DNA of 64,000 bases from a virus. Taxonomy: Duplodnaviria; Caudoviricetes. The stretch lies in the IMG/VR virus record IMGVR_UViG_3300029288_000139, positions 1-64,000 of that record; one strand, 5' to 3'. Below, piece by piece: positions 29,804 to 39,123 of this stretch. Both the position numbers and the translations under genes were made by a program. Positions within the stretch are counted from its first letter, which is position 1; each line of letters begins with the position of its first letter. A model generated the notes under the pieces. The model had not been told where the DNA came from. It searched no databases and saw only the letters and a list, made by a program, of their open reading frames with translations.

Positions 29804-32800
29804 TTATTTACTCACTTTTTTGATCGTTAAAATAGTTGACGGGGTAGCTGGTCTTGTCGGACTTACTTGTGCAGCTACCGCCAAAATCCTATCATTTGTG
29901 CTACTCCCCACCCAGAACATTTCTATTTCGTCTCCTACAATTAAATCCAAAATAATATCAGCGATACTAATAACCACATTGCTTGCTGTCGCTATTTGGA
30001 CTCTCGTATTCGACCTGTCTACGTCTACTCCGTTTTTCCTAAACCAAATATCTACTGTTGTTCCATTCCCTGAAGTACAATCGCAAAGAGTAGAAAAGAT
30101 AAATCCATAAGTCCCTGCTGTCCCAATAGTAAAAATAGAGATATTGGTTGCGGTATGAGTTCCGCTTTGAGTATCGGAAGTATTGATTGCAGCTCCTTGA
30201 GGAGTCGCTGAAACCTGAAAACTATCCACTCCAAATCCAGCAGAGATTACATAGTATCTGGTTCCTGCCGTGAGACCTGTCGGCAAAGCTCCGTCAGTAG
30301 TAAAGACTACTTCACTGTCTACATTTAACCCATGCCCTGTCCAGCTTATTACTGCTGGAGAAGCTATGCTGATTGTAACCTCTCCTGATTTTCCATGAGT
30401 GATATGAGTATCAGATATTTCTTCTGTGTCAAATGTCATTGCCCAAGGAACCGTTGTAGAAGTAATTGTTTGCGTCGTGCTATCGGAATATACAGCATGG
30501 ATAGTCCCTATGTCCGCTAAAGTAGCCGTAACTGTATCGAATGTCGGAGAGCCATCGCTATGTAACTCTTCTAATTGAGCGTTAACATCAGTCAAAGCAT
30601 CATAATCAATTTTATCTAAATGATAGTAACTTTCAGGAGAACCTCCTCCTCCTTCTAATCCTAATAAATCGTTATGTGTAAAATCTTCTGATGACTGATC
30701 TCCTGTATTTACTCCACTTGTATTTTGAACGACTACGTGTTCAGCGGAAGTCAGATGATAATACTCTTCCGGAGAAACAGAACCACCTTGTAAATTTCCT
30801 ATTAAATTATGATCTAACTCCGTTTCATCAACTAAAACTCTACCTTCTTCATTAATATCTATTCCATTTCCAATAAGAACTACAATTTCTCCCTCAGCTA
30901 ATCCTAAACCACCTCCTAAAGGAACTGAAACAACTCCTTCTCCAGTAATAGTTAAACCAGTCCCTATCTGGACAAGTCCTAAACTAGATTCAGAAGCTAC
31001 AGAAGTCGCATTTAAATATTGTTCTGCAGTTAAATGATAATATTCTTCAGGAGAAGAACTTCCACCTTGCAATCCATGAAGGTTATTATGAGAAAGAATA
31101 GCCTCTGTTTCTGCTAAAGATTTTCTACTCCAATATAAATCTCCACTTGCAATCCCATCACCAACTCTAATACTTGGTAACACATATCCTTCTGTACTTT
31201 CACAAGCTTCAAATTGGAAAAAAGGTACTACAAAAGCATTCACAGGAGTATCAAAAGTACTTACAAGAGTACCATTCTTATAAAATGACACAGACCCATT
31301 AATTGAATCAAATTCTATTTTCCACGTAGTATCATTATAATCATTATCACAAATTTTATACATCACAAAAGATGGATTAAATGTCCAGATACCATCCTGA
31401 CACCAAAATATATCTAATAAATAACTACTATCAAATGCCCAATACATCCTAAAATCAGCTGAATTCTCATGATCATCCAAAGATATAAACTCAGTTCTAA
31501 TTTCAAGAGTTGCTGTAAGACCAGCAAAAGTTATAGAAGGATTTGGAAGTAAAGCACCACTATCTCCTATATTATTAAAGTAAAACCCCCCGCCGGCCAA
31601 ACTCCATACATTATTATCATAAGTCCATCCAGATAAAGAAGTACAATCATCATCTATTAAATTATAATCAACACTACCTCCAGCACCAACTAAAAAATCA
31701 TAATTATCTACAGGTTCAGGTATAGAACTTAAAAAAGTATACTCAGACTGAGTTAAATGATAATATTCTTCAGGAGAAGCACTCCCGCCTTGAAGATTAA
31801 TTAATCCATTATGATCATATACTCCCAAATTATCATATTGATCTTTTGTTAAATGATAAAATTCTTCGGGAAAAACTGACCCTCCTTGTAATCCTGATAA
31901 AGTATTATGCTCCCCAGTCCCTAAATTATTATATTGATCTAGAGTTAAATGATAAAATTCATCTAATACTTCAGAACCACCCTGCTTGTGCAAAGTATCA
32001 TTATGCTCAGGGGTTGAAGCTCCAAATAAATAAGAAAAAGCTGAATCTACTTCAACTGGGTCATCATTTCTTTTATCTATAATAATTCTTCCCACAAATA
32101 TTCCAAACGAAACAAAAATAGGAGGAATATTTGCATATGTCGGAGGAGTAGTTGCTTGTGCATCAGATAATTTATTATAATCATCATTTCCAAAAATATA
32201 ACCTGCAACAGTTCCAAGAGGATCAGTTGTTGACAATTTTCTATAAACCCAAATTACACCATAATTATTTACTAAAGGAGTTTTACCAGAAGCTCCTTGA
32301 TAACTCTTATTATCATATTCAGAAACTATAGAAGGAGACCAATTACCACCACCATCCTTAACCCATTCACGAAGAACACAATCTCCTACACCAGTTTCAA
32401 ACAAATCATAATTAATTCTTGATAATCCATACCATCTATTTCCACCAGTTATCTTTATTTTTCTTGTATCAAAAACTGATAACTGAAAAACACCATCTTC
32501 AACACCATTTGTACCTGCAAATAAAAATCTTAATTTAGTATTACTAGCTACGGCCTTTGCTTGTTCTCCCCAATCAATAATATCAAATGCATTTGGAGAA
32601 GTTACAACATTATAACAAATAATAAGTATAGGAATAATAGTTGTTCCATTTATAGAAGAATAATCCTCAATACATTGCATAACCGGAGTTCCACCATTAT
32701 AATTTACAACAATATAATGAGGAATTGGATTACTTGCATCAAACGTCCCTCCATCAACAGTATATGAACGAATAAAACCACCACCATCAACAGAATCATG

Positions 32801-33094
32801 AAGATGATAAACACCACCATTACCAATAGTTATCGTTCCATCATGATTATCAATAACAGAGGGAGAGGTGTAGACACCAGCAGACAGGTAATCATTTACA
32901 GCTATCCATCTGGTGTCTCCACCATTAGTGGTAGATAAAGTCTTGATGTGATCTATTGTCTGACCACTATTTGGTACATAAGCATAGTGATGACCAGTTT
33001 CTTCCACATAACATTTTTCTCTTGGTCTCCCATGAGATTCAGCATCACTTACTGTATCAAAATACAAATTTTTTATCTGGTTTTGATTTAACAT
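29804..33094 (-). CDS. large head/neck fibre-like protein with six HN..LQGG..YHL repeats
   Basis: repeats read directly; lies between capsid and adaptor genes. Confidence 0.7.
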   Translation of the reverse strand: MLNQNQIKNLYFDTVSDAESHGRPREKCYVEETGHHYAYVPNSGQTIDHIKTLSTTNGGDTRWIAVNDYLSAGVYTSPSVIDNHDGTITIGNGGVYHLHDSVDGGGFIRSYTVDGGTFDASNPIPHYIVVNYNGGTPVMQCIEDYSSINGTTIIPILIICYNVVTSPNAFDIIDWGEQAKAVASNTKLRFLFAGTNGVEDGVFQLSVFDTRKIKITGGNRWYGLSRINYDLFETGVGDCVLREWVKDGGGNWSPSIVSEYDNKSYQGASGKTPLVNNYGVIWVYRKLSTTDPLGTVAGYIFGNDDYNKLSDAQATTPPTYANIPPIFVSFGIFVGRIIIDKRNDDPVEVDSAFSYLFGASTPEHNDTLHKQGGSEVLDEFYHLTLDQYNNLGTGEHNTLSGLQGGSVFPEEFYHLTKDQYDNLGVYDHNGLINLQGGSASPEEYYHLTQSEYTFLSSIPEPVDNYDFLVGAGGSVDYNLIDDDCTSLSGWTYDNNVWSLAGGGFYFNNIGDSGALLPNPSITFAGLTATLEIRTEFISLDDHENSADFRMYWAFDSSYLLDIFWCQDGIWTFNPSFVMYKICDNDYNDTTWKIEFDSINGSVSFYKNGTLVSTFDTPVNAFVVPFFQFEACESTEGYVLPSIRVGDGIASGDLYWSRKSLAETEAILSHNNLHGLQGGSSSPEEYYHLTAEQYLNATSVASESSLGLVQIGTGLTITGEGVVSVPLGGGLGLAEGEIVVLIGNGIDINEEGRVLVDETELDHNLIGNLQGGSVSPEEYYHLTSAEHVVVQNTSGVNTGDQSSEDFTHNDLLGLEGGGGSPESYYHLDKIDYDALTDVNAQLEELHSDGSPTFDTVTATLADIGTIHAVYSDSTTQTITSTTVPWAMTFDTEEISDTHITHGKSGEVTISIASPAVISWTGHGLNVDSEVVFTTDGALPTGLTAGTRYYVISAGFGVDSFQVSATPQGAAINTSDTQSGTHTATNISIFTIGTAGTYGFIFSTLCDCTSGNGTTVDIWFRKNGVDVDRSNTRVQIATASNVVISIADIILDLIVGDEIEMFWVGSSTNDRILAVAAQVSPTRPATPSTILTIKKVSK

Positions 33095-33106
33095 TTTTAC
33101 CTCTTT

Positions 33107-34030
33107 TTATAGGGCTGGACATTCAACTTCAAAAACATCTCCAACATCCATAACGTAATTTATACTAAATGATCCAGAAGATTCCCATTCAGCTTCAACA
33201 TTTCTTTGTAATTCAACACCATTTAATCTTATTTTATAAAGATTATTATTATTCCACAAGTCTTCTGTTACAGGCAGAACTATCGTGCTACCAGAAGGAA
33301 TAACAGTTGGCGTTGCTCTTCCACTTCCAGACCCATTTCCAGTTGTTATTGTTACAACTTCCCCACTAGCATAAGCAACAGTAACGACATAAGAACTTAC
33401 CAAAGAAGTTACATTCTTTGGCTCCACTACCATTTCTTCACTTCTTCCACCTTCCATCAACACATCAGGTTGCTGACTTTCAATATAAACTTTATTCACA
33501 CAAAAGTCAATTGTCTCTGATATTGCAGTCAATGTAAGAGTTCCATCTCCCGCAACATAAACAAAGGAAATCTGAGTATTTTCTGCACCACTTGCTCCAA
33601 TTGCAGCACCTTCAGAAGATCCACTTGCACATTGAATTAATCCATAAACTGTAAATTCTTCACCACCCACATTACAAGTAATTTCATTGTGAGTAAAAGA
33701 ATCTCTTATAGGAACTAAATTGAGAATGTTCCCAACAGAATCTGAATAATTCGCTGTAGAAGCTCCTAAAGGACCAGCCAATAAAGCTGCACAAACACCT
33801 TGATTCGTTGTTAATGTTACAGGAGGAGTCGCAGTAAGAACGGCTAATCTGACTCCTGGTAAGTGAGTAGTAGAGTCAATTCTTGCAAATTGTTCAGCAC
33901 TCACAGATACAGACTGGACTTCTTTCCAAGGGAAAGCCAAAACTCTTTTTCTATTCATATACTGATCAAGAGTCGTCCATGTTCCAGCAGAATTAGGTCT
34001 TAAAATATTAACCTGCCTAGCATTAATCAT
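33107..34030 (-). CDS. hypothetical virion protein
   Basis: C-terminal I.LNGV...W.S..SF domain shared with 34027..34362. Confidence 0.65.
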   Translation of the reverse strand: MINARQVNILRPNSAGTWTTLDQYMNRKRVLAFPWKEVQSVSVSAEQFARIDSTTHLPGVRLAVLTATPPVTLTTNQGVCAALLAGPLGASTANYSDSVGNILNLVPIRDSFTHNEITCNVGGEEFTVYGLIQCASGSSEGAAIGASGAENTQISFVYVAGDGTLTLTAISETIDFCVNKVYIESQQPDVLMEGGRSEEMVVEPKNVTSLVSSYVVTVAYASGEVVTITTGNGSGSGRATPTVIPSGSTIVLPVTEDLWNNNNLYKIRLNGVELQRNVEAEWESSGSFSINYVMDVGDVFEVECPAL

Positions 34031-34362
34031 ATTAATCCTCCTAAAATTATAATTTCGTCTCCATTATCAACAGTTAAATTTAGCTCAAAACTAACAGACG
34101 AAAGCCAAACGACCTCAGTTCCTTTAACAAGATAAACACCATTTAGATAAATACTTGATTCAGGACTGGTGTTAAATTCTGCAGCATCAGAAAGTATATA
34201 TCCATCTGCTCCAGACTTTGTGTAATTCGGACCACCACTTGTCGTTGAATAAGTAGAACCTGAAGGTATCTGTCCTGTCATAGCTAACTTGGTTATGGTC
34301 TTAGCTATTGGCAAATCATCTATATAGGTTTTTATTGCTAATCCCGTATATCGTCTGTTCAT
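34027..34362 (-). CDS. hypothetical virion protein
   Basis: IYLNGVYL...WLSSVSFELN, paralogous to the C-terminus of 33107..34030. Confidence 0.65.
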   Translation of the reverse strand: MNRRYTGLAIKTYIDDLPIAKTITKLAMTGQIPSGSTYSTTSGGPNYTKSGADGYILSDAAEFNTSPESSIYLNGVYLVKGTEVVWLSSVSFELNLTVDNGDEIIILGGLI

Positions 34363-34378
34363 AATTATACCATCATTT

Positions 34379-34828
34379 CTACTTTCTTCGTCTTATTTTT
34401 TTTATAACAGGAGCTTTTTCCACTTCCACAGGCCATCCTTCTGGAGGAGGTATTTCTTCCTGTTCCTCCGGACTGTTATTTTCAGAAGAAGGAGCATTCT
34501 CAGGAATTTCTATTTCAAACTTTTCTTCCTCTGAAATAACTTCTTCTTTTGAAATTTTAGTCGGAACAGCTTCTTTTGCGTCTGCCTCTTTCTGAACAGG
34601 CTTTGGAACTGGCTTAGGCTCTGTTACTTTCTTAGGAAGTACATTTCCTGACGGTTTTAAAGTCCGAACAGAGCTGGCAATATCTTTAATAACAATATCA
34701 CCAGCTATGATCAGACCTTTTATAAACCAATCAGAAAAGAATTTGTCTTCCACCAAATGCTCTCCTGGTTTCAAAATTGTTTTTGTTCCCGGAAGTTGTA
34801 TCGTCCTCTTTAATTCAATCTTCTTCAT
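34379..34828 (-). CDS. hypothetical protein after the capsid gene (low-complexity P/E/K C-terminus)
   Basis: AGAGG RBS, ORF. Confidence 0.6.
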   Translation of the reverse strand: MKKIELKRTIQLPGTKTILKPGEHLVEDKFFSDWFIKGLIIAGDIVIKDIASSVRTLKPSGNVLPKKVTEPKPVPKPVQKEADAKEAVPTKISKEEVISEEEKFEIEIPENAPSSENNSPEEQEEIPPPEGWPVEVEKAPVIKKIRRRK

Positions 34829-34861
34829 AATGTTACCTCTCCTTTTTTATAATGTTAAAGA

Positions 34862-35836
34862 TTAAATGCCATCGGCATAATACATCGTTTCCGGATACAC
34901 GATTTCAACTACACCAAGACGACCGAAATAAGTCGTCAAATGGTAAATCGAACGATACTCCAACGGAGTTCTCTGCAATGGAACCAACGGATAACGAACA
35001 CGATTCTTGTCCTGAGTATAAACAATCATACGATCAGTTGCTACTGCAGGAGAACCAGCCGGAGTTCCTCTTCCTACCAACCATTTGCAAGGCTGAATAT
35101 CAAGTTTCTTACCATTGATCTTCAGAGCAATACAATTATCTTCCAAGAAGGACAGAATGCTTATGTTGCCTGCATCAGAAACTTTTTGAGAAGTAATATA
35201 GGCAAACTGTGCCGGAGGAAGAAGAAGTTTGGAGGGACACACTGCGTATGCTGCTGCCGCCCAACATGCCTGGATAAGACTGTTAACATCTTCCAGAATT
35301 TCATCAGGCGTTTTTTCTGTCCACAGAGTACTACCAGCAGCACCAGTCGCAACTGAGGCAGAGGTAACATTGGGATTATTCAGCATTCCATATCTGGAAA
35401 GAATATCATCCCCAATATATACCATTTCATCAACATCCATCTGGTATTTAATCTGCATGGCCTGATATTTCTGAGCATCAACCGGACGACCTAACTGCTG
35501 AGCAGAAATCAACTCCGGAATGGTGTAAGAAATTTCAATGCCCCACAGATACAAAGGTGAACTGGTCTTCCCAATATCAAGAGCAGGACCAGGAATAGCA
35601 TTGGAATTTTTACCAATCCAGTTTTTACCATTGGTCTCAGGGGCACCAGCAGTCGCAAAAGAGCTGTTGGTGAAACTGGAAACTTCATCAGCGATGCTAA
35701 CATCTTCTCTTAAATCAATATCACGACCCCACGTGACATTGTAAAGGGGTTCATGCAGATTCTGGTCTAATCTTTCAAGCTCTCCAATCAGGAAAGCACC
35801 CGTACTATCAATTGTATATTTGTCGTATGTCAACAT
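34862..35836 (-). CDS. major capsid protein (DUF2184-like)
   Basis: GAFLIGELERLD, YTIPEL..AQQLGRP.D.QK, TPDEIL.D, YFGRLG.VE..YP. Confidence 0.9.
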   Translation of the reverse strand: MLTYDKYTIDSTGAFLIGELERLDQNLHEPLYNVTWGRDIDLREDVSIADEVSSFTNSSFATAGAPETNGKNWIGKNSNAIPGPALDIGKTSSPLYLWGIEISYTIPELISAQQLGRPVDAQKYQAMQIKYQMDVDEMVYIGDDILSRYGMLNNPNVTSASVATGAAGSTLWTEKTPDEILEDVNSLIQACWAAAAYAVCPSKLLLPPAQFAYITSQKVSDAGNISILSFLEDNCIALKINGKKLDIQPCKWLVGRGTPAGSPAVATDRMIVYTQDKNRVRYPLVPLQRTPLEYRSIYHLTTYFGRLGVVEIVYPETMYYADGI

Positions 35837-35869
35837 ATTTTATAACCTCCGTTTAATTTATTTTGTTAA

Positions 35870-36331
35870 TTAAATATTAAAAGAAATTTCAACATTACCA
35901 TTATCGTCAGCTGCACCTTCAAATTTAGCTCCCGTCACAGCAGTAGCTCCTGTAGCATCAGCCTGAATCAATCCAGTTGTGTTATTGACATAAACCGCTC
36001 CATCGATAGCTGGAGTTCCCAACGTATTCAGAACAGTCATATAACCAGAACGGAGAATATCACAGGTCTGATTAACTGAAGGAGTTCCACCACCCAAACT
36101 CTGATTGGTAATATTTTCCATCTGAGTCGGATAAGGACGGACCAGAAATCCAAGGATTGTACCGGAACCAGCGTAAGGCTGAATCTTACCAGCAACTTTA
36201 ACAACCGGAACACCATAAACGGTAACCGGAGTATCAGGATCCATAACATTGGGTTCAATTTTCGCAACTTCCAACCGTGTCACCGCACCAGCAATTCCAG
36301 CCGGCATTCTATACAAAAACGCATTACTCAT
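35870..36331 (-). CDS. capsid decoration/cement protein
   Basis: AFLYRMPAGIAG, GFLVRPYP, LRSGYM.V; precedes the MCP. Confidence 0.8.
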   Translation of the reverse strand: MSNAFLYRMPAGIAGAVTRLEVAKIEPNVMDPDTPVTVYGVPVVKVAGKIQPYAGSGTILGFLVRPYPTQMENITNQSLGGGTPSVNQTCDILRSGYMTVLNTLGTPAIDGAVYVNNTTGLIQADATGATAVTGAKFEGAADDNGNVEISFNI

Positions 36332-36361
36332 AATTTTATCCTCCTATAAATTTGTTTATTT

Positions 36362-37837
36362 TTACTTTCTTTTCCAAAACTCTTTGTTTTTCTGATTGAT
36401 GTCTCTGATAGAAGAAACACTTTCAGCAGTATTTGAAATGACAGAATCTTTTACGAATCTGTTATTTCTATCTTTGACTGAATTTGTTACAGCAACAAAG
36501 GCAATACCCAATGAAGTTCTGTCAAGCTTATCAATATCCGTTTTCTTGATGATCGAACCAACGACATCAGCATCAGAAGTAAATGCAGCCTTCAAAGCTT
36601 TTCTCTTAATCTTGTCTAAAGAATTCAAGTGATCTTTTGTAGGCTTAGAAATTCTGATGCCAGGACAAAGCAAGTCCGCTCTATAAGCCACATCATGAAA
36701 CATTGAATCTGCTGTCATTGCTTCTTCTTTTTCCCGCTCTTCCTTCTCATCAGGATCTTCATCTTCTGTTTCGTCTTCTTTTTTCTTTTCAATCTCTTCA
36801 TTTTCAGAATTAACCACAAAAGACTTTCTGATTAAAGAACCTCCCAAAGGACTCAAAGCTCCTGTTCCTTCAGCATCATTTTCAAAAGCTTTGTTCTCTT
36901 TTTCAAGAACTTCTTCTGTGTTAACTGTATCAGCATCTCCTGCAACTCCAGAAGCAGACTTTACAAAAGCTTCAATAATACCTATCAGTCTATTGATATT
37001 GTTATTTAACATTCCAATAGTTACTTCTGACTCTGAAACTCCCTGATTAACAGGCTCCTTAGCAATTTCTTCTCCTTCCTTAGGTATTATGGCTTCTTCA
37101 GAAGAAGAATTTCCAGCTTCTTCTTCGATCTGATCAGAAGCTACCTCCACTAGCTTATCAGCTTTCTCTTCTTCGGACAACTCTACAAAATCATCATCCT
37201 TGATGAGTCTTCGATAGGCTTTTTTCAACTTGTCTTTAAATTTCATAGCATCTTTTTCCTCCTTATCATTTGTATTATTACAAGTACATTTACCACAATT
37301 GGTACACGCCTTATCTCCTATTGCACACCTATGCCCTGCCCTCCCTCTCATTACTAAAGCAATATGATTACCAATTATATTTTTTTGGATACCTATTCCA
37401 GTTTCCAACTGTTCATAATCAGCATCATACCCACAAGAAATTTCTCTCATACCATTTTTAACCAATTCAATAGCCTTCTTAGTTGTCACAACAATATCTC
37501 CAATAAGAAGATCTAATTTTTCTCGTGCTCCCCTTCTTACATTGGTTAAAAAACCATGAGCTAAATCTCCCCAATTTTCAGGGGTGACTATTTCATCTGG
37601 GTGGTCAATTGTGAATGGTTTCCCTTCAAAAGATGAGATTGCTTCTGGTTTGAAAACCTCATCCTCTGTTCTTTTGATAAGAACCAATCCATCACGATTA
37701 GGTTCTATAGGAACTTCGTCTCCTTTATATGTTTGTTCCCCAATCTTTGCAATGGGAACATCATAACAAATTAAAAACCCTTCTGGAGTCTCTCCAATAT
37801 GTTCGCTTATCTTTTCTGCAACATAAAATCTTTTCAT
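36362..37837 (-). CDS. prohead protease/scaffold (DUF2213-like)
   Basis: TPEGFLIC.DVPIA, FEGKPFTIDHP, EISCGYDA, NHIALV.RGRAG..C.IGD; acidic C-terminal scaffold. Confidence 0.9.
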   Translation of the reverse strand: MKRFYVAEKISEHIGETPEGFLICYDVPIAKIGEQTYKGDEVPIEPNRDGLVLIKRTEDEVFKPEAISSFEGKPFTIDHPDEIVTPENWGDLAHGFLTNVRRGAREKLDLLIGDIVVTTKKAIELVKNGMREISCGYDADYEQLETGIGIQKNIIGNHIALVMRGRAGHRCAIGDKACTNCGKCTCNNTNDKEEKDAMKFKDKLKKAYRRLIKDDDFVELSEEEKADKLVEVASDQIEEEAGNSSSEEAIIPKEGEEIAKEPVNQGVSESEVTIGMLNNNINRLIGIIEAFVKSASGVAGDADTVNTEEVLEKENKAFENDAEGTGALSPLGGSLIRKSFVVNSENEEIEKKKEDETEDEDPDEKEEREKEEAMTADSMFHDVAYRADLLCPGIRISKPTKDHLNSLDKIKRKALKAAFTSDADVVGSIIKKTDIDKLDRTSLGIAFVAVTNSVKDRNNRFVKDSVISNTAESVSSIRDINQKNKEFWKRK

Positions 37838-37848
37838 ATTTTCAATCC

Positions 37849-39120
37849 TTACATCACAACTATCATTTGTGGTTTAAATGATGAAACAGGCGGAACTGGT
37901 GTTTCTGTCGCACTAATTAACGCTCCTGCCGTTCCATTCTCCCTGCCATATCCAGTGGGGCCTGCTGGAGCCTTTAAAACATAATAAGTGAAACTAACTA
38001 TATCACTTGTAGGAAGAAGTGTAGTATCACATCCATATACAATTTGCATACCACCACCCAAATCAATAGTATACTCACCACTTACAGAGCAGTCAAAGGG
38101 GATGGAATTAATTGTAACAACTTTAGTCGTTGCGTTCCATGAACTCCCCTCCACAGGATCTATGCCATAAGGTAGGCCTAACTCTTCTGTCATCGATACG
38201 AGCCAAAATCCAGCTAAACCAAAACCATCATAACTAACTGAATCACCTATCTGAACATCATTAGGACTTGGTGTATCAGTAAGAGACCCCTGATTCCAAG
38301 TTGATTGAATGGTTACTTTATTTAATCCAACTCCAGCAATACTCCCTGTTCCATCACATTGCTGTGCGCCTACTGATGTTACGTTGGTTAATGAAGCAGT
38401 TGAATCATTGGCATTAAAATCATATCCTTTACTCCAGACCGTACAACAATTTAACTTTCCAGAAGTTATGGTTGGATGGTATAACTCTGTAAGATGAGTA
38501 AGTGTTAAGTTTTCAACCTTCCCTCCAGTAAGTCGAAATTTATTCATTAATAAATGGTCTCTCATACCTAACAGTCGAACAGAAGATGAAACGTCTACAT
38601 GATCACCAATCCATGATAAGTCTTCATCAATTATTGATTCATAGACAAGAACAACACACTCTGTTTCAAACGAACCTCCGTAAACAATAGCATAATATGA
38701 CTGTGTCCATGTTGTAAGGTCTTTCCCAGTACCCAGTGTAAAATAACCACCTGTATAAGGTGCACCTTCAACTGTTATAGTTCCTGAAAAGGTACTAGAA
38801 AGAGTAGCAAATGTAACAGTGTCTCCATAGAAAATTTCTTCTGTTACAGAGTCTTTTCCAAAAGCTCTGACAGAATAAGTTATTCCCGGCATACAGCCAT
38901 ACATCGGAGTAGTTTCTGTTGTGTTCTTTATATAAGCTCCAACAGCTAAATCGCTTAACACTTTTTGAGTATTAGCGTCATAAACAGGTGTTCCTGTGCC
39001 TTTCATCCAACAAAAGCCATATTCACTAAGAGCATTGTCTTTTGAAACAAGAGTTCCGTTGAAAGTAAAACCAAACTTTCCTATATTAGTTGGAGCCTGT
39101 GTTGTTATTACATTAGCCAT
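37849..39120 (-). CDS. FN3-like-domain virion protein
   Basis: EYGFCW...TYSVRAF...YGDTVTFAT, the same repeat type as in 14516..18424. Confidence 0.65.
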   Translation of the reverse strand: MANVITTQAPTNIGKFGFTFNGTLVSKDNALSEYGFCWMKGTGTPVYDANTQKVLSDLAVGAYIKNTTETTPMYGCMPGITYSVRAFGKDSVTEEIFYGDTVTFATLSSTFSGTITVEGAPYTGGYFTLGTGKDLTTWTQSYYAIVYGGSFETECVVLVYESIIDEDLSWIGDHVDVSSSVRLLGMRDHLLMNKFRLTGGKVENLTLTHLTELYHPTITSGKLNCCTVWSKGYDFNANDSTASLTNVTSVGAQQCDGTGSIAGVGLNKVTIQSTWNQGSLTDTPSPNDVQIGDSVSYDGFGLAGFWLVSMTEELGLPYGIDPVEGSSWNATTKVVTINSIPFDCSVSGEYTIDLGGGMQIVYGCDTTLLPTSDIVSFTYYVLKAPAGPTGYGRENGTAGALISATETPVPPVSSFKPQMIVVM

Positions 39121-39123
39121 TTA

